Notes under the pieces: model-generated | Told to the model about the DNA's origin: nothing | The model's database searches: none | Seen by the model: the letters and a program-made list of their open reading frames with translations, nothing else | Translations under genes and position numbers: made by a program | Shown: positions 56,290 to 64,000 of the stretch, one piece after another | How positions within the stretch are numbered: position 1 is the stretch's first letter | Layout of the letters: each line of letters opens with the position of its first letter | NCBI GenBank assembly: GCA_965228735.1 | Contig: OZ245838.1 | Coordinates: forward strand, 6,976,001 to 7,040,000 | Length of the DNA stretch: 64,000 nt | From: Planctomycetota bacterium | Lineage (GTDB): Bacteria > Planctomycetota > UBA1135 > UBA2386 | Reading direction: 5' to 3'

Positions 56290-56532
56290 TCAGTCGTGGC
56301 CGCGTCCGAGGTCGCGCAGCTCCTGGCGGGCTTCGGCCAGCAGCTCGACGAGTCGCTGCGTCTGGGCGGACAGGTCGGCCCGGGCTCGTTCGCTAGCGGC
56401 CAGCTGCTCGCGGAGGGCCGCGTTGTCCTGCAGCAGCTGATCGAGTCGTCCGTCGAGGCCGTCGACCTGCGCGCGCAGCTCGCGCAGCTCGGTGAGGATC
56501 GGGTCGCCTTGGTCCGAAGGTGGCGGGGGCAC
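56290..56532 (-). CDS. Small coiled-coil protein, 80 aa
   Basis: MPPPPSDQGDPILTELRELRAQVDGLDGRLDQLLQDNAALREQLAASE...; heptad pattern; TATACT 7 nt upstream of the GTG. Confidence 0.7.
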   Translation of the reverse strand: MPPPPSDQGDPILTELRELRAQVDGLDGRLDQLLQDNAALREQLAASERARADLSAQTQRLVELLAEARQELRDLGRGHD

Positions 56533-56559
56533 GGCGCGGAGTATAGCCTCGCTCGCCGC
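56533..56559. promoter_or_regulatory. 27-bp divergent intergenic region with overlapping -10-like hexamers
   Basis: Minus strand TATACT (56540-56545), 7 nt before its GTG; plus strand TAGCCT (56544-56549), 10 nt before GTG 56560. Confidence 0.55.
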
Positions 56560-57780
56560 GTGATCCTCGTTCTGGCTCCCTTCGTTCCGCACCCGCCGAA
56601 GCACGGCGGGAGCATCCGATCGCGCGTGCTGCTCGATGCGTTGACGCAGGATCACGAGGTGCACCTCGCGGCGCCCGTGGCGGACGACGAGGCGCGGCAG
56701 AACGCCGCGGACCTCGTGGCCGCGACTGGCATCACGTTCCACGAACTGCCCGGCAACGCCGTGGTGGCGCCATCGCTGATTCGCAAGGGCGGCCAGTGGC
56801 TGCGCGGTCGGTCGGAGTTGTTCGTGCGGCGTTGGGATCCGGCTGCCGCGGGTGTCGCGCGTGAGCTCGTCGAGTCGCTGCGGCCCGAACTGCTCGTGGC
56901 GGACAGCAGTTTCGTGCTGCCGCTGCTGCCGCCGAGCGGGCGCGCGGGCGGTGACGTGCCGCTGCTGCTCTACCTGCACAATCTCGAGTTCGCGCTCTTC
57001 GCGCGGCCGGACGCGCAGGCGCGCGCGTTCAGCGAACGGATGACGCGGCGCTTCGAGGCCAAGGGCATGGCGCGGGAGGAGGCGCGCGCGTTGCGCCGCG
57101 CGGTGCAGACCGTCGTGGTCTCCGATCGCGACGCCGAACTCGCGCGCGGTCTCGCGCCGGAAGCGCGGCTCGAGGTGATCCCCAACTCCGTCGACCTCGA
57201 CCGGCTGCCGCGGCAGCCGCGCAAGACGGCCGGTCCGCCGCGGCTCCTGTTCGTGGGCGGGCTCGACTACCCGCCCAATCGCGAAGCCGTCATCGAGCTG
57301 CTCGAGCGTCATCTGCCGCGCCTGCACGGCCATCATCCCGACCTGCTCGTGCGCCACATCGGCAAGGACGACGCGGGTCTCGGGCGGCGCCATCCGGAGC
57401 GCGACGGTCTCGAGGTGATGGGCTTCGTCGACGACCTGCTGCCGCACTACGCCGCGAGCGACGCCGCGTTCCTGCCGATCCGCAGCGGCGGCGGCACCCG
57501 CATCAAGGTGCTCGAAGCGTGGGCCCTCGGCCTGCCCGTCATCGCGACGGGCGTCGCAACCGAGGGGCTCGAGGGCGAGGACGGCGTGCACTTCCTGCGG
57601 TTCGAGACCGTGAGTGAGGGCGAGGCCGCGCTCGGGCGCGTGCTCGCGGGCGGCGACGAGATCGCGGCGATGACCGATCGGGCCCGGCAGCTCGTCGAAG
57701 AGCGCTACTCGCATGCCGCCGTCACGGCGCGGCTGCGTGCGGTCGTCACCGCGGTATTCGGCCGGTTGCGCGGCCAATGA
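56560..57780 (+). CDS. GT4 glycosyltransferase
   Basis: PHPPKHGGSIRS, IPNSVD, FVGGLDYPPN, SGGGTRIKVLEAWALG. Confidence 0.9.
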   Translation: MILVLAPFVPHPPKHGGSIRSRVLLDALTQDHEVHLAAPVADDEARQNAADLVAATGITFHELPGNAVVAPSLIRKGGQWLRGRSELFVRRWDPAAAGVARELVESLRPELLVADSSFVLPLLPPSGRAGGDVPLLLYLHNLEFALFARPDAQARAFSERMTRRFEAKGMAREEARALRRAVQTVVVSDRDAELARGLAPEARLEVIPNSVDLDRLPRQPRKTAGPPRLLFVGGLDYPPNREAVIELLERHLPRLHGHHPDLLVRHIGKDDAGLGRRHPERDGLEVMGFVDDLLPHYAASDAAFLPIRSGGGTRIKVLEAWALGLPVIATGVATEGLEGEDGVHFLRFETVSEGEAALGRVLAGGDEIAAMTDRARQLVEERYSHAAVTARLRAVVTAVFGRLRGQ

Positions 57781-57817
57781 CGTTCGGCCAGCAGCCCAGC
57801 ACCAGCGACCGGCGTCG

Positions 57818-58933
57818 TCAGCGGTCCGGATCGCTGACGTTCGTCAGCACGGCGGCGGCCGAACGCCGCGCGTGACAGCGCGAGCGCAGGCGTTCGCGCA
57901 GCGCGGCGGGCAGGCGCGGCAGCGTCGAGCAGGCCGCCGCGACGCCGAGCGCGAGCGGCACGCCCCGCCGCCGGGCCTGCTTGTGCAGGGCATACCCGAA
58001 CCAGAACGCGTGTTGCACGACGAGCCATGGCGCCGTGATCGCACGCACGAAGAACAGCTCGCGGTTGCGCCAGTCGAGCCGTTCGACGCCCTCGCGGCCG
58101 AATACCCGCGTCGACGTGCCGCGGTGGGCATGATGCACGACGCTGCGGTGCGCGTAGCGGCAGCGCCAGCCGCGGCGCCAGGCCTCGAACGACAGGCTCA
58201 CGTCCTCCACGTAGCACGGCACGTAGAGCGACTCGAATCCGCCGATGGCGTCGTGTTTGCCGCGGGCGAACGCGCTGCTGCCGCCGCCCGCCCAGAGCAC
58301 GGCGGTGCCGTCGTCTTTGGGGGTGCCGGGGCGCTGCACGAACCGCAGCTCGCCTTTCTTGACGAACGTCCGCGCGAGGCCCGTCTCGCTGCGTTCGCCG
58401 GCCATCTCGATCCGCGCGGTGACGGCGAACAGGTCGGCCGCGTCCGGTTCGCCGAACGGTCGCAGCAGCTCGACGAGGAAGTCGGGCTCGACCCGCATGT
58501 CGTTGTTCAAGAACACGAGCAGGTCGCGCGCCGGGTTCGCCGCTTCGACCCCGGCCAGGTTGCCGCGGATGAAGTGCCGGTTCTCGGGCAGCGGCAGGGT
58601 GCGCGCCCACGGGTGTTCGCGTTCGAGCCACTCGACCGAGCCGTCCTCGCTGCCGTTGTCCACGACGAGCACTTCGTGATCGCCGGGGCAGCGGTCGACG
58701 GCCACCCGTAGCGACGGCATGAGCTCCTGCAGGAAGTGCTGCCCGTTCCAGTTGAGGACGATGATCGTCGCGTTCGTGTTCTTCGGCGCCTCGTCGCCCG
58801 TCGGGCGACGACGCAGCCACACGAGCGGCGTCGTCACGCAATCGAACAACAGCAGGAATGCGCCGAGCGCGAGCGCCCCGAGGGCGACGAGCGGAAAGAG
58901 CAGCAGGTAGCCGATGCGCGCGCCGGTGCTCAT
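57818..58933 (-). CDS. GT2 glycosyltransferase with N-terminal TM
   Basis: IIVLNWNG, VVDNGSEDGS, FLNNDM, IGGF...YVEDV. Confidence 0.9.
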   Translation of the reverse strand: MSTGARIGYLLLFPLVALGALALGAFLLLFDCVTTPLVWLRRRPTGDEAPKNTNATIIVLNWNGQHFLQELMPSLRVAVDRCPGDHEVLVVDNGSEDGSVEWLEREHPWARTLPLPENRHFIRGNLAGVEAANPARDLLVFLNNDMRVEPDFLVELLRPFGEPDAADLFAVTARIEMAGERSETGLARTFVKKGELRFVQRPGTPKDDGTAVLWAGGGSSAFARGKHDAIGGFESLYVPCYVEDVSLSFEAWRRGWRCRYAHRSVVHHAHRGTSTRVFGREGVERLDWRNRELFFVRAITAPWLVVQHAFWFGYALHKQARRRGVPLALGVAAACSTLPRLPAALRERLRSRCHARRSAAAVLTNVSDPDR

Positions 58934-60447
58934 GCCTCGATCCTGCGCACGAGATCGGTGACTGCCACGTCGATGTCGAGCAGCTCGCGCACGAGGGCGC
59001 GGCCGCGGGCGGCGATCGCATCGCGTTCGTCAGGGGCAGCGAGCGCTGCGGTGATCGTCGCCGCGAGTGCGCCGCTGTCGTTCGGGTTGCACAGGTAACC
59101 GGTGTCCCGGTCGCGCACGAGCTCCGGGATCCCGGAGATCGGCGTCGAGAGCACCGCCACGCCGAGCGCCATCGCTTCGCAGAGGAAGATCGGGATGCCG
59201 TCGCGTTCGCCGTCGTCGGCGACGACGCACGGCAGCATCGCGAGATCGCAGGTCAGCAGTTCGCGGCGGACCGCGGCGTTCTCCTGCGCGCCGAGGAAGT
59301 GCGCGAGGTCCCGGACGCCGTGCTCGTCGCACAGCCGTTCGAGCCGCGTGCGCTCCGGCCCGTCACCGAGCACGCGCCACTCAACGGCGACGCCCTGCTC
59401 CCGCAGTGCGGCCAGCGCGGGCGGCACGAGGTGCAGTCCCTTCTTGGGGACGAGTCGGGCGGCGCTGACGATCACGCCGCGGCGCGCCGGCTGCGGTTCG
59501 TCCTGCCATTCATCGAGCGCGAGCCCCAGGTAGACGGTCGGGATGCGGTCGTCGTCGAGTTCGAGGTCGGGCGCGGCATCGCGTCCGAGGTCGGCAAGGC
59601 GCTCGGCGCAGAACCTGGTCACGACGCGGAAGAACGTCGCCCGGCGCAGCTTGTCGCCGAGCATCCGGAAGTCGTAGGGGAACTCGAAGTCGACGTAGGA
59701 CGAGATCGACGCGGGCACGCCGAGCAGGTGGGCGGCCGCGAGCGCGACGTTCGCGGGGTAGGTCGAGCTGTAGACGTGGACGTGCCGCGGCCGGAGCGGC
59801 GCGAGCTCGTCGGCGAGGAGGAACGCGTTGCCCGGGTGGCGCGGGTCGCGCAACGGCAGCTTGCCGAGCAGATCGGCGGCCCGCCCGTTCGGGCGACTGC
59901 GATAGAGCGCGAACAGCTCGCGTCCCGGGCGGCGGCAGAGCCAACGCAGAACGCGGAGCGCGCGGGCCGTGATGCCGTCGCGCTTCAGATACGTGGCGCG
60001 TTCTCTGACCGCGGCGGCCTCGGCGTGCACGGGCGCGCCGGGGTTGTCCTGCAGCACCACGATCCGCCAGTCGGGCCGCAGGCGCAGCATCGTGAGCGCT
60101 TCGCGATAGACGAACGTGTGGGACAGATCGGGCAGGATCGGCAGCACGACGACGACGGGGCCATCGCCGGCGCGATCGCGGCGGACCGCCGGCGCGGTGC
60201 GGCTGCTCGACAGCGTCGCGAGGGCCTCGAGGCCGAGGTCGAGCGCGCGCAGCCAGATGCCGCGCAGGGTCTCGCGCAGCAACGCCCCGGCGCCGAACGG
60301 AACGCGGCGTCGCGCCTCGTCGAGGACGATGCGGGGCTGCGATGCGGCGCGGATCGCCGCGATGGGCGCGGGCGCGTGCGGATGGCCGGTCCAGACGACG
60401 GTGCTGCCGGGCTCGGCCACGGTTGCCGCGCTTTCTTCCGCGGTCAC
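58930..60447 (-). CDS. GT4 glycosyltransferase (WcaL-like)
   Basis: PDLSHTFVYRE, ARLVPKKG, DGERDGIPIFLCEAMALG, SGIPELV. Confidence 0.9.
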   Translation of the reverse strand: MTAEESAATVAEPGSTVVWTGHPHAPAPIAAIRAASQPRIVLDEARRRVPFGAGALLRETLRGIWLRALDLGLEALATLSSSRTAPAVRRDRAGDGPVVVVLPILPDLSHTFVYREALTMLRLRPDWRIVVLQDNPGAPVHAEAAAVRERATYLKRDGITARALRVLRWLCRRPGRELFALYRSRPNGRAADLLGKLPLRDPRHPGNAFLLADELAPLRPRHVHVYSSTYPANVALAAAHLLGVPASISSYVDFEFPYDFRMLGDKLRRATFFRVVTRFCAERLADLGRDAAPDLELDDDRIPTVYLGLALDEWQDEPQPARRGVIVSAARLVPKKGLHLVPPALAALREQGVAVEWRVLGDGPERTRLERLCDEHGVRDLAHFLGAQENAAVRRELLTCDLAMLPCVVADDGERDGIPIFLCEAMALGVAVLSTPISGIPELVRDRDTGYLCNPNDSGALAATITAALAAPDERDAIAARGRALVRELLDIDVAVTDLVRRIEA

Positions 60448-61802
60448 CGGTCGCCTCCGGCGCAGCGCCGATAGTCGGCCTCGAACTCGTCGACGGCGGC
60501 GCTCAGGGTTTTCGGCGGGCGCACGTTGCCGCGGTAGCGCGCGAGCCGTTCGGGCTCGTCGACGAGGCGCTGCAGCCTCGTGGCGAGGTCGGCGGGGTCG
60601 CCGGGTCGAAACAGTTCGCCATCGACCTCGTGCTCGACGATCTCCGCGAGGCCGCCGAAGTCGCTCGCGAAGACCGGCAACCCGGCCGCGCGCGCTTCGA
60701 GCACGACGAACGGCGCGTTCTCGTGCCAGGTGCTCGGGACGACGAGCACGTCGATCGCCGCCAGTGCGTCGGCGAGGCCGGCGCGATCGTAGGGGCCGAG
60801 CAGCTCGATCTTCGGCTCCGCTTCACTGGCGATCTGCAGGTCCTTCGAGTAGTCGGGGAAGTCGGTCGCCCGGCCCCGCAGGATCGCGCGCCAGCCACCG
60901 CAGCCGCCGCCGCCACCGCCACCGCGGAGTTGTCGCAGCGCCTCGACGAGCACGTGGGGCCCCTTGTGCGGCGAGTACGTGCCCTGGAAGCCGAACGTGA
61001 TCGGGCGTTCCGTGGCCTGAGCTTTCACGTTCTCGAGACCGAGTCCCGCCGTATCGATGCCGTAGCTGCGATGCTGCAGCCGGTCGCCGGGAACGCCGTT
61101 CTGGTCGAACACGTTCGCGAGATAGCGCGTCGGCGCGGCGATCGCGTCGGCGAGCAGCAGCTGCTTACGCAGATACCCGAGGCGTTCGAAGTGCGACGCG
61201 ACCCGCGTCATGAGTCCCCGGCCCGCATCGGGTTCGGCGCCAGCGGTCAGCGCGGCGCGGATCTCGGCGCCGACCGGACTCGCGTCGAGTTCGCGCGCGA
61301 GGTCGGGCGCGTGGCACGGCAGGCAGCCGCGGCCGTCGTCGGGTGGGCCAGCACACGCCGAGCCGTCGGCCCGCATGAGAATGACGCGCGGACAGAGGAA
61401 CCAGAAGTCCATCAGCGAGACGCAGATCCCGGCACCGTGCGTCCGCGCTGCCGTCAGCAGGTCCGCGCCCACGTGGCGCAGGTGGAACGAGTGCACGACC
61501 TCGGTTCCGCGCTCCCGAAGGTGGGCCGCGAACGTCGCCGCCATCCACGGATTGCGGTATTCGACGCGGGCCCAGTCGGGCGCGAAGTTCATCCAGTAGT
61601 TGATCCGCCGAACGGGCAGCCCGTCGACCGTCTCGCGCGACTCGCGCCACGGGCCGTCGCGTTCGGCGAACGCCGGATCGAGGCAGAAGACGTCGACCTC
61701 GTGGCCGCGCCGCTGCAGCTCGCGACCGACGGCGAGCGCGTACTGCTCGGTGCCGGTGAAGTACTGCGGCGGGAACTGATGGACGATCTGCGTGATGCGC
61801 AA
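60444..61802 (-). CDS. GT4 glycosyltransferase with a Cys-rich insert (paralog of 53980..55245)
   Basis: TTG start; HQFPP..TGTEQY, DFWFLCPR, PSTWHENAPFVVLEA. Confidence 0.92.
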   Translation of the reverse strand: MRITQIVHQFPPQYFTGTEQYALAVGRELQRRGHEVDVFCLDPAFAERDGPWRESRETVDGLPVRRINYWMNFAPDWARVEYRNPWMAATFAAHLRERGTEVVHSFHLRHVGADLLTAARTHGAGICVSLMDFWFLCPRVILMRADGSACAGPPDDGRGCLPCHAPDLARELDASPVGAEIRAALTAGAEPDAGRGLMTRVASHFERLGYLRKQLLLADAIAAPTRYLANVFDQNGVPGDRLQHRSYGIDTAGLGLENVKAQATERPITFGFQGTYSPHKGPHVLVEALRQLRGGGGGGGCGGWRAILRGRATDFPDYSKDLQIASEAEPKIELLGPYDRAGLADALAAIDVLVVPSTWHENAPFVVLEARAAGLPVFASDFGGLAEIVEHEVDGELFRPGDPADLATRLQRLVDEPERLARYRGNVRPPKTLSAAVDEFEADYRRCAGGDR

Positions 61803-61906
61803 GAGTGGGGAAGCCTACCCCGACGGCATCACACGATCATGTCGATCCGCAGTTGGCGGGTCGTCGGCGGGCGCGGCTCGGCGCCGGCAGCGCTTCGTCG
61901 CCTGCC

Positions 61907-61943
61907 AACGGCAGGGTCGTTCCTTGGGAACGGCCTTGCCGTT
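61907..61943. terminator. 17-bp stem-loop downstream of the 62004..63365 gene (possible terminator)
   Basis: AACGGCAGGGTCGTTCC-TTG-GGAACGGCCTTGCCGTT; two non-Watson-Crick positions; no U-tract. Confidence 0.45.
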
Positions 61944-62003
61944 CTGGCCCGCGCGGGCTGGCCGATCGCGATCGCGTGGCCGGCCCCGGGGGGACCCGCG
62001 AGA

Positions 62004-63365
62004 TCAGCGGGTCGTGAAATCGTCGATCGCGATGTCGCCGGTGAAGCTGCCACCGCCGGTGTAGTCGAACCGGAAGATGTAGCTCGCGGCGACGCCGGCG
62101 TAGACGCAGTGCTCGTTCCACTCACCCGCGGCCGGACCCGTGAGGTTCAGCAGCGGCGTGAAGTTGGTGCCGCCGTCCGTGCTTACGAGCACGTCGAGCG
62201 AGCCCATCGTGTCGCCGATGCGGCTGCACTGGAACGTCATGACGCCGTTCGGGCACTCCGCGGCGGAGTAGCTGCGGGTGTCCATGACGAAGTTGGCCGA
62301 GCCGCCCGAGCCGCTCGTCTCGCAGTACATGTAGTTCAGGGACGCGTTGACGCCGGCCGAGGGGCCCGTGCCGCCGGACGGCGTGCCGCCCGAGTCGCAG
62401 GTCCAGTCCGTCGCGCCAGGAGCGGTGCTCCAGCCGAGCGGGTAGCTGCCGGTGCCGTTCGCGACGGCTTCGAAGTCCTCGAGCGTCGTGACCGTGGCGG
62501 GGCCGCTGCGGGTGTAGGTGATCGAGTTGTTCGTCGCGACGACGGGCAGCGTGTTGCCGATCGTCGGGGCTTCGGCCGGCGCCAGGACCAGGCCCTGGAT
62601 CCGGAAGCCGACGCAGAACGGGAACGCGCCCGCCGGCGGGGCGAACACGTAGTCACCGCCACCGATCTGGTTCGGCGGCAGGATGAACGAGTAGCCGGTC
62701 GGGTTCGAGCCCTGCCAGGCGAGGTCGAGGTTGGCGATCTGCGGGGTCGTCGCGCCGACGGTCCCGAGGTTGAGGCCGACGATCGTGAAGTAGCCCGGGA
62801 AGGCGCCGTCGAGATCGGTCAGGTTCCAGCGAATCGTGTCGCCGAGGTCGAAGATGCCGTTGTCACGGCTCAGCGGATCCTGGTTCTTCGCGGCATCGAT
62901 GAGGAAGCCGAAGGCCGGGCCGTTCGACGTCAGGTCGAGCGAGTACGTGCCCGAGCTCGCCGAGGAGAAGCCGCCGACGCGCACGTAGTACGTGAGGCCG
63001 GTGAACGCCGTCCAGGTGATCTCCGACTGCAGGCTGCAGGAGTCATCCAGGCACTGGATCTCGTTGAGGGCGCCGCAGGTGCCTTCGTAGACCGACAGCG
63101 CGCTGTCATAGGTGGTGCCGTTGCACAGCGACGCCGTCACGATCTCCGACTGCGTAGCAGTGAAGCTGTACCAGACGTCGGGCGCGAGGCCGTTCACGCA
63201 GCTCCACGGCTCGGCCGAAGGGGTTGCGGTGCTGGTGTCGCCGGTGTACGGGCCGCCGCCGACCGTTATCGGGAGCGCGGTGATGCACTCGTCCTGCGCC
63301 GTGAGGGAAGCGCCCGTTGCGAGCACGAGAGAGAAGGCCAACGTCGTGGCGAGCTTGCTAGTCAT
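62004..63365 (-). CDS. Secreted multidomain beta-sandwich protein with a C-terminal MAM-like domain, 453 aa
   Basis: Signal peptide ending LTAQ; DEC..A...PDVWYSF...DDSC...TYYVRVG domain shared with 26196..26987; GTPSGGTGP, YMYCETS, GDIAIDD are MAM-like motifs. Confidence 0.8.
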   Translation of the reverse strand: MTSKLATTLAFSLVLATGASLTAQDECITALPITVGGGPYTGDTSTATPSAEPWSCVNGLAPDVWYSFTATQSEIVTASLCNGTTYDSALSVYEGTCGALNEIQCLDDSCSLQSEITWTAFTGLTYYVRVGGFSSASSGTYSLDLTSNGPAFGFLIDAAKNQDPLSRDNGIFDLGDTIRWNLTDLDGAFPGYFTIVGLNLGTVGATTPQIANLDLAWQGSNPTGYSFILPPNQIGGGDYVFAPPAGAFPFCVGFRIQGLVLAPAEAPTIGNTLPVVATNNSITYTRSGPATVTTLEDFEAVANGTGSYPLGWSTAPGATDWTCDSGGTPSGGTGPSAGVNASLNYMYCETSGSGGSANFVMDTRSYSAAECPNGVMTFQCSRIGDTMGSLDVLVSTDGGTNFTPLLNLTGPAAGEWNEHCVYAGVAASYIFRFDYTGGGSFTGDIAIDDFTTR

Positions 63366-63401
63366 TCCGTAGAGCATGGGTAGTGGTGAAACGAGCAGAC
63401 G

Positions 63402-63423
63402 CTCTGCAGCGTCTCTGCAGCGT
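63402..63423. repeat. 11-bp tandem repeat CTCTGCAGCGT, two copies, upstream of the 62004..63365 gene
   Basis: Exact copies at 63402-63412 and 63413-63423. Confidence 0.8.
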
Positions 63424-63640
63424 CTTTGTACAGCGGAAGGTTCCTGCCATGCGAGCAGTTCGTCAAGTCGCGTCGCGGGCGAGACGGAGCGGAAACCCGA
63501 CGCTCGCGCTCGACCGTATTGTGCATCGGTTCCGGCGGCCGAGCCGACCAGGCGGCGAATGACCAGTGCCACCGCCAGCACGACGAGACTGGGCAGGGCG
63601 GTCGGGTCGCGCGCCGTCGCCGCCGTGAGGCCAAGGAAAA

Positions 63641-64000
63641 CTACTCGAGCATGCGCATCATCGCGCTGCCGAACGCCTGGCCGATCGCGTTGAACCAGAG
63701 CGCGCTGCCGAGGTAGTGGTAGCGGTGGTCCGAACCGGTCCGCTCCCACTCCTCGAAGCGCTGCTTCCACTCGGGGTAGAGCGTCTCCGCGGCGCGGTCG
63801 ACGAGCACGTCGGTCGCGACGGTCTCGACGTTCGCCAGCGTCCTCCCGACGGCGAACTGCGCGTCCTGGATGACCTTCATCGCGCCCTTGCTCGCCGTGC
63901 TGCCGTTCTGGCCCATCGCGCCGATCACGACCGGCAGGTCCGCGACGCTGAACTCGGCGCGCACGTCGTGGATCAGGTGCGTCAGGTTGCTCTCGTACTC
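63641..64000 (-). CDS. C-terminus of a sialate O-acetylesterase (SASA/DUF303)-like protein, truncated at the window edge
   Basis: EYESNLTHLIHDVRAEFSVADLPVVIGAMGQ...AQFAV...YHYLGSA...IGQAF. Confidence 0.75.
   Translation of the reverse strand, partial: EYESNLTHLIHDVRAEFSVADLPVVIGAMGQNGSTASKGAMKVIQDAQFAVGRTLANVETVATDVLVDRAAETLYPEWKQRFEEWERTGSDHRYHYLGSALWFNAIGQAFGSAMMRMLE

Noticed and set aside
60896..60925. CCG-rich run encoding a poly-Gly stretch in a GT4
   Set aside because: A short in-frame loop expansion with mixed codons; not a frameshifting tract.
1..64000. Many long Arg/Ala/Pro-rich ORFs in the track (for example 6366..8909+, 11881..14568-, 23189..25882-, 60342..63383+)
   Set aside because: They are antisense or alternate-frame shadows of well-supported genes, expected at very high GC, and carry no motifs.
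1..64000. CRISPR array or cas genes linked to the CHAT protease; rRNA/tRNA; transposase or integrase
   Set aside because: No repeat-spacer pattern or recognisable motif was seen by eye. A tRNAscan/Infernal run would be needed to exclude small RNAs.

Overview
Very GC-rich, gene-dense bacterial window from a diderm: it has kdsA, and its ECF sigma/anti-sigma, Hanks kinase and secreted beta-sandwich proteins suggest Planctomycetota (inference). The left half (1-32 kb) is a mosaic. It holds a gluconokinase-like/AcuC-type deacetylase fusion, an ECF sigma / anti-sigma / exported TPR-CHAT protease operon facing an FG-GAP protein, and kdsA coupled to a Ser/Thr kinase. It also holds two tandem paralogous secreted proteins, a probable deletion scar joining two gene 3' ends, an orphan PLP decarboxylase, and a cdd-deoC-aldh-aldh'-deoA operon interrupted by an antisense gene. 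The right half (32.5-62 kb) is a large surface-glycan locus: ugd, UDP-xylose synthase, galE, manA, 12 glycosyltransferase genes (one a 1250-aa GT2/coiled-coil/degenerate-GT4 protein), three Stf0-like sulfotransferases, a methyltransferase and an SGNH protein, with no exporter or polymerase seen. Many genes have a -10-like hexamer 6-9 nt before the start codon and no Shine-Dalgarno, suggesting leaderless mRNAs. I saw no rRNA, tRNA, CRISPR array or transposase. The best candidate for an undescribed system is the ECF/anti-sigma/CHAT module. All family calls come from motifs recognised by eye, not from database searches.
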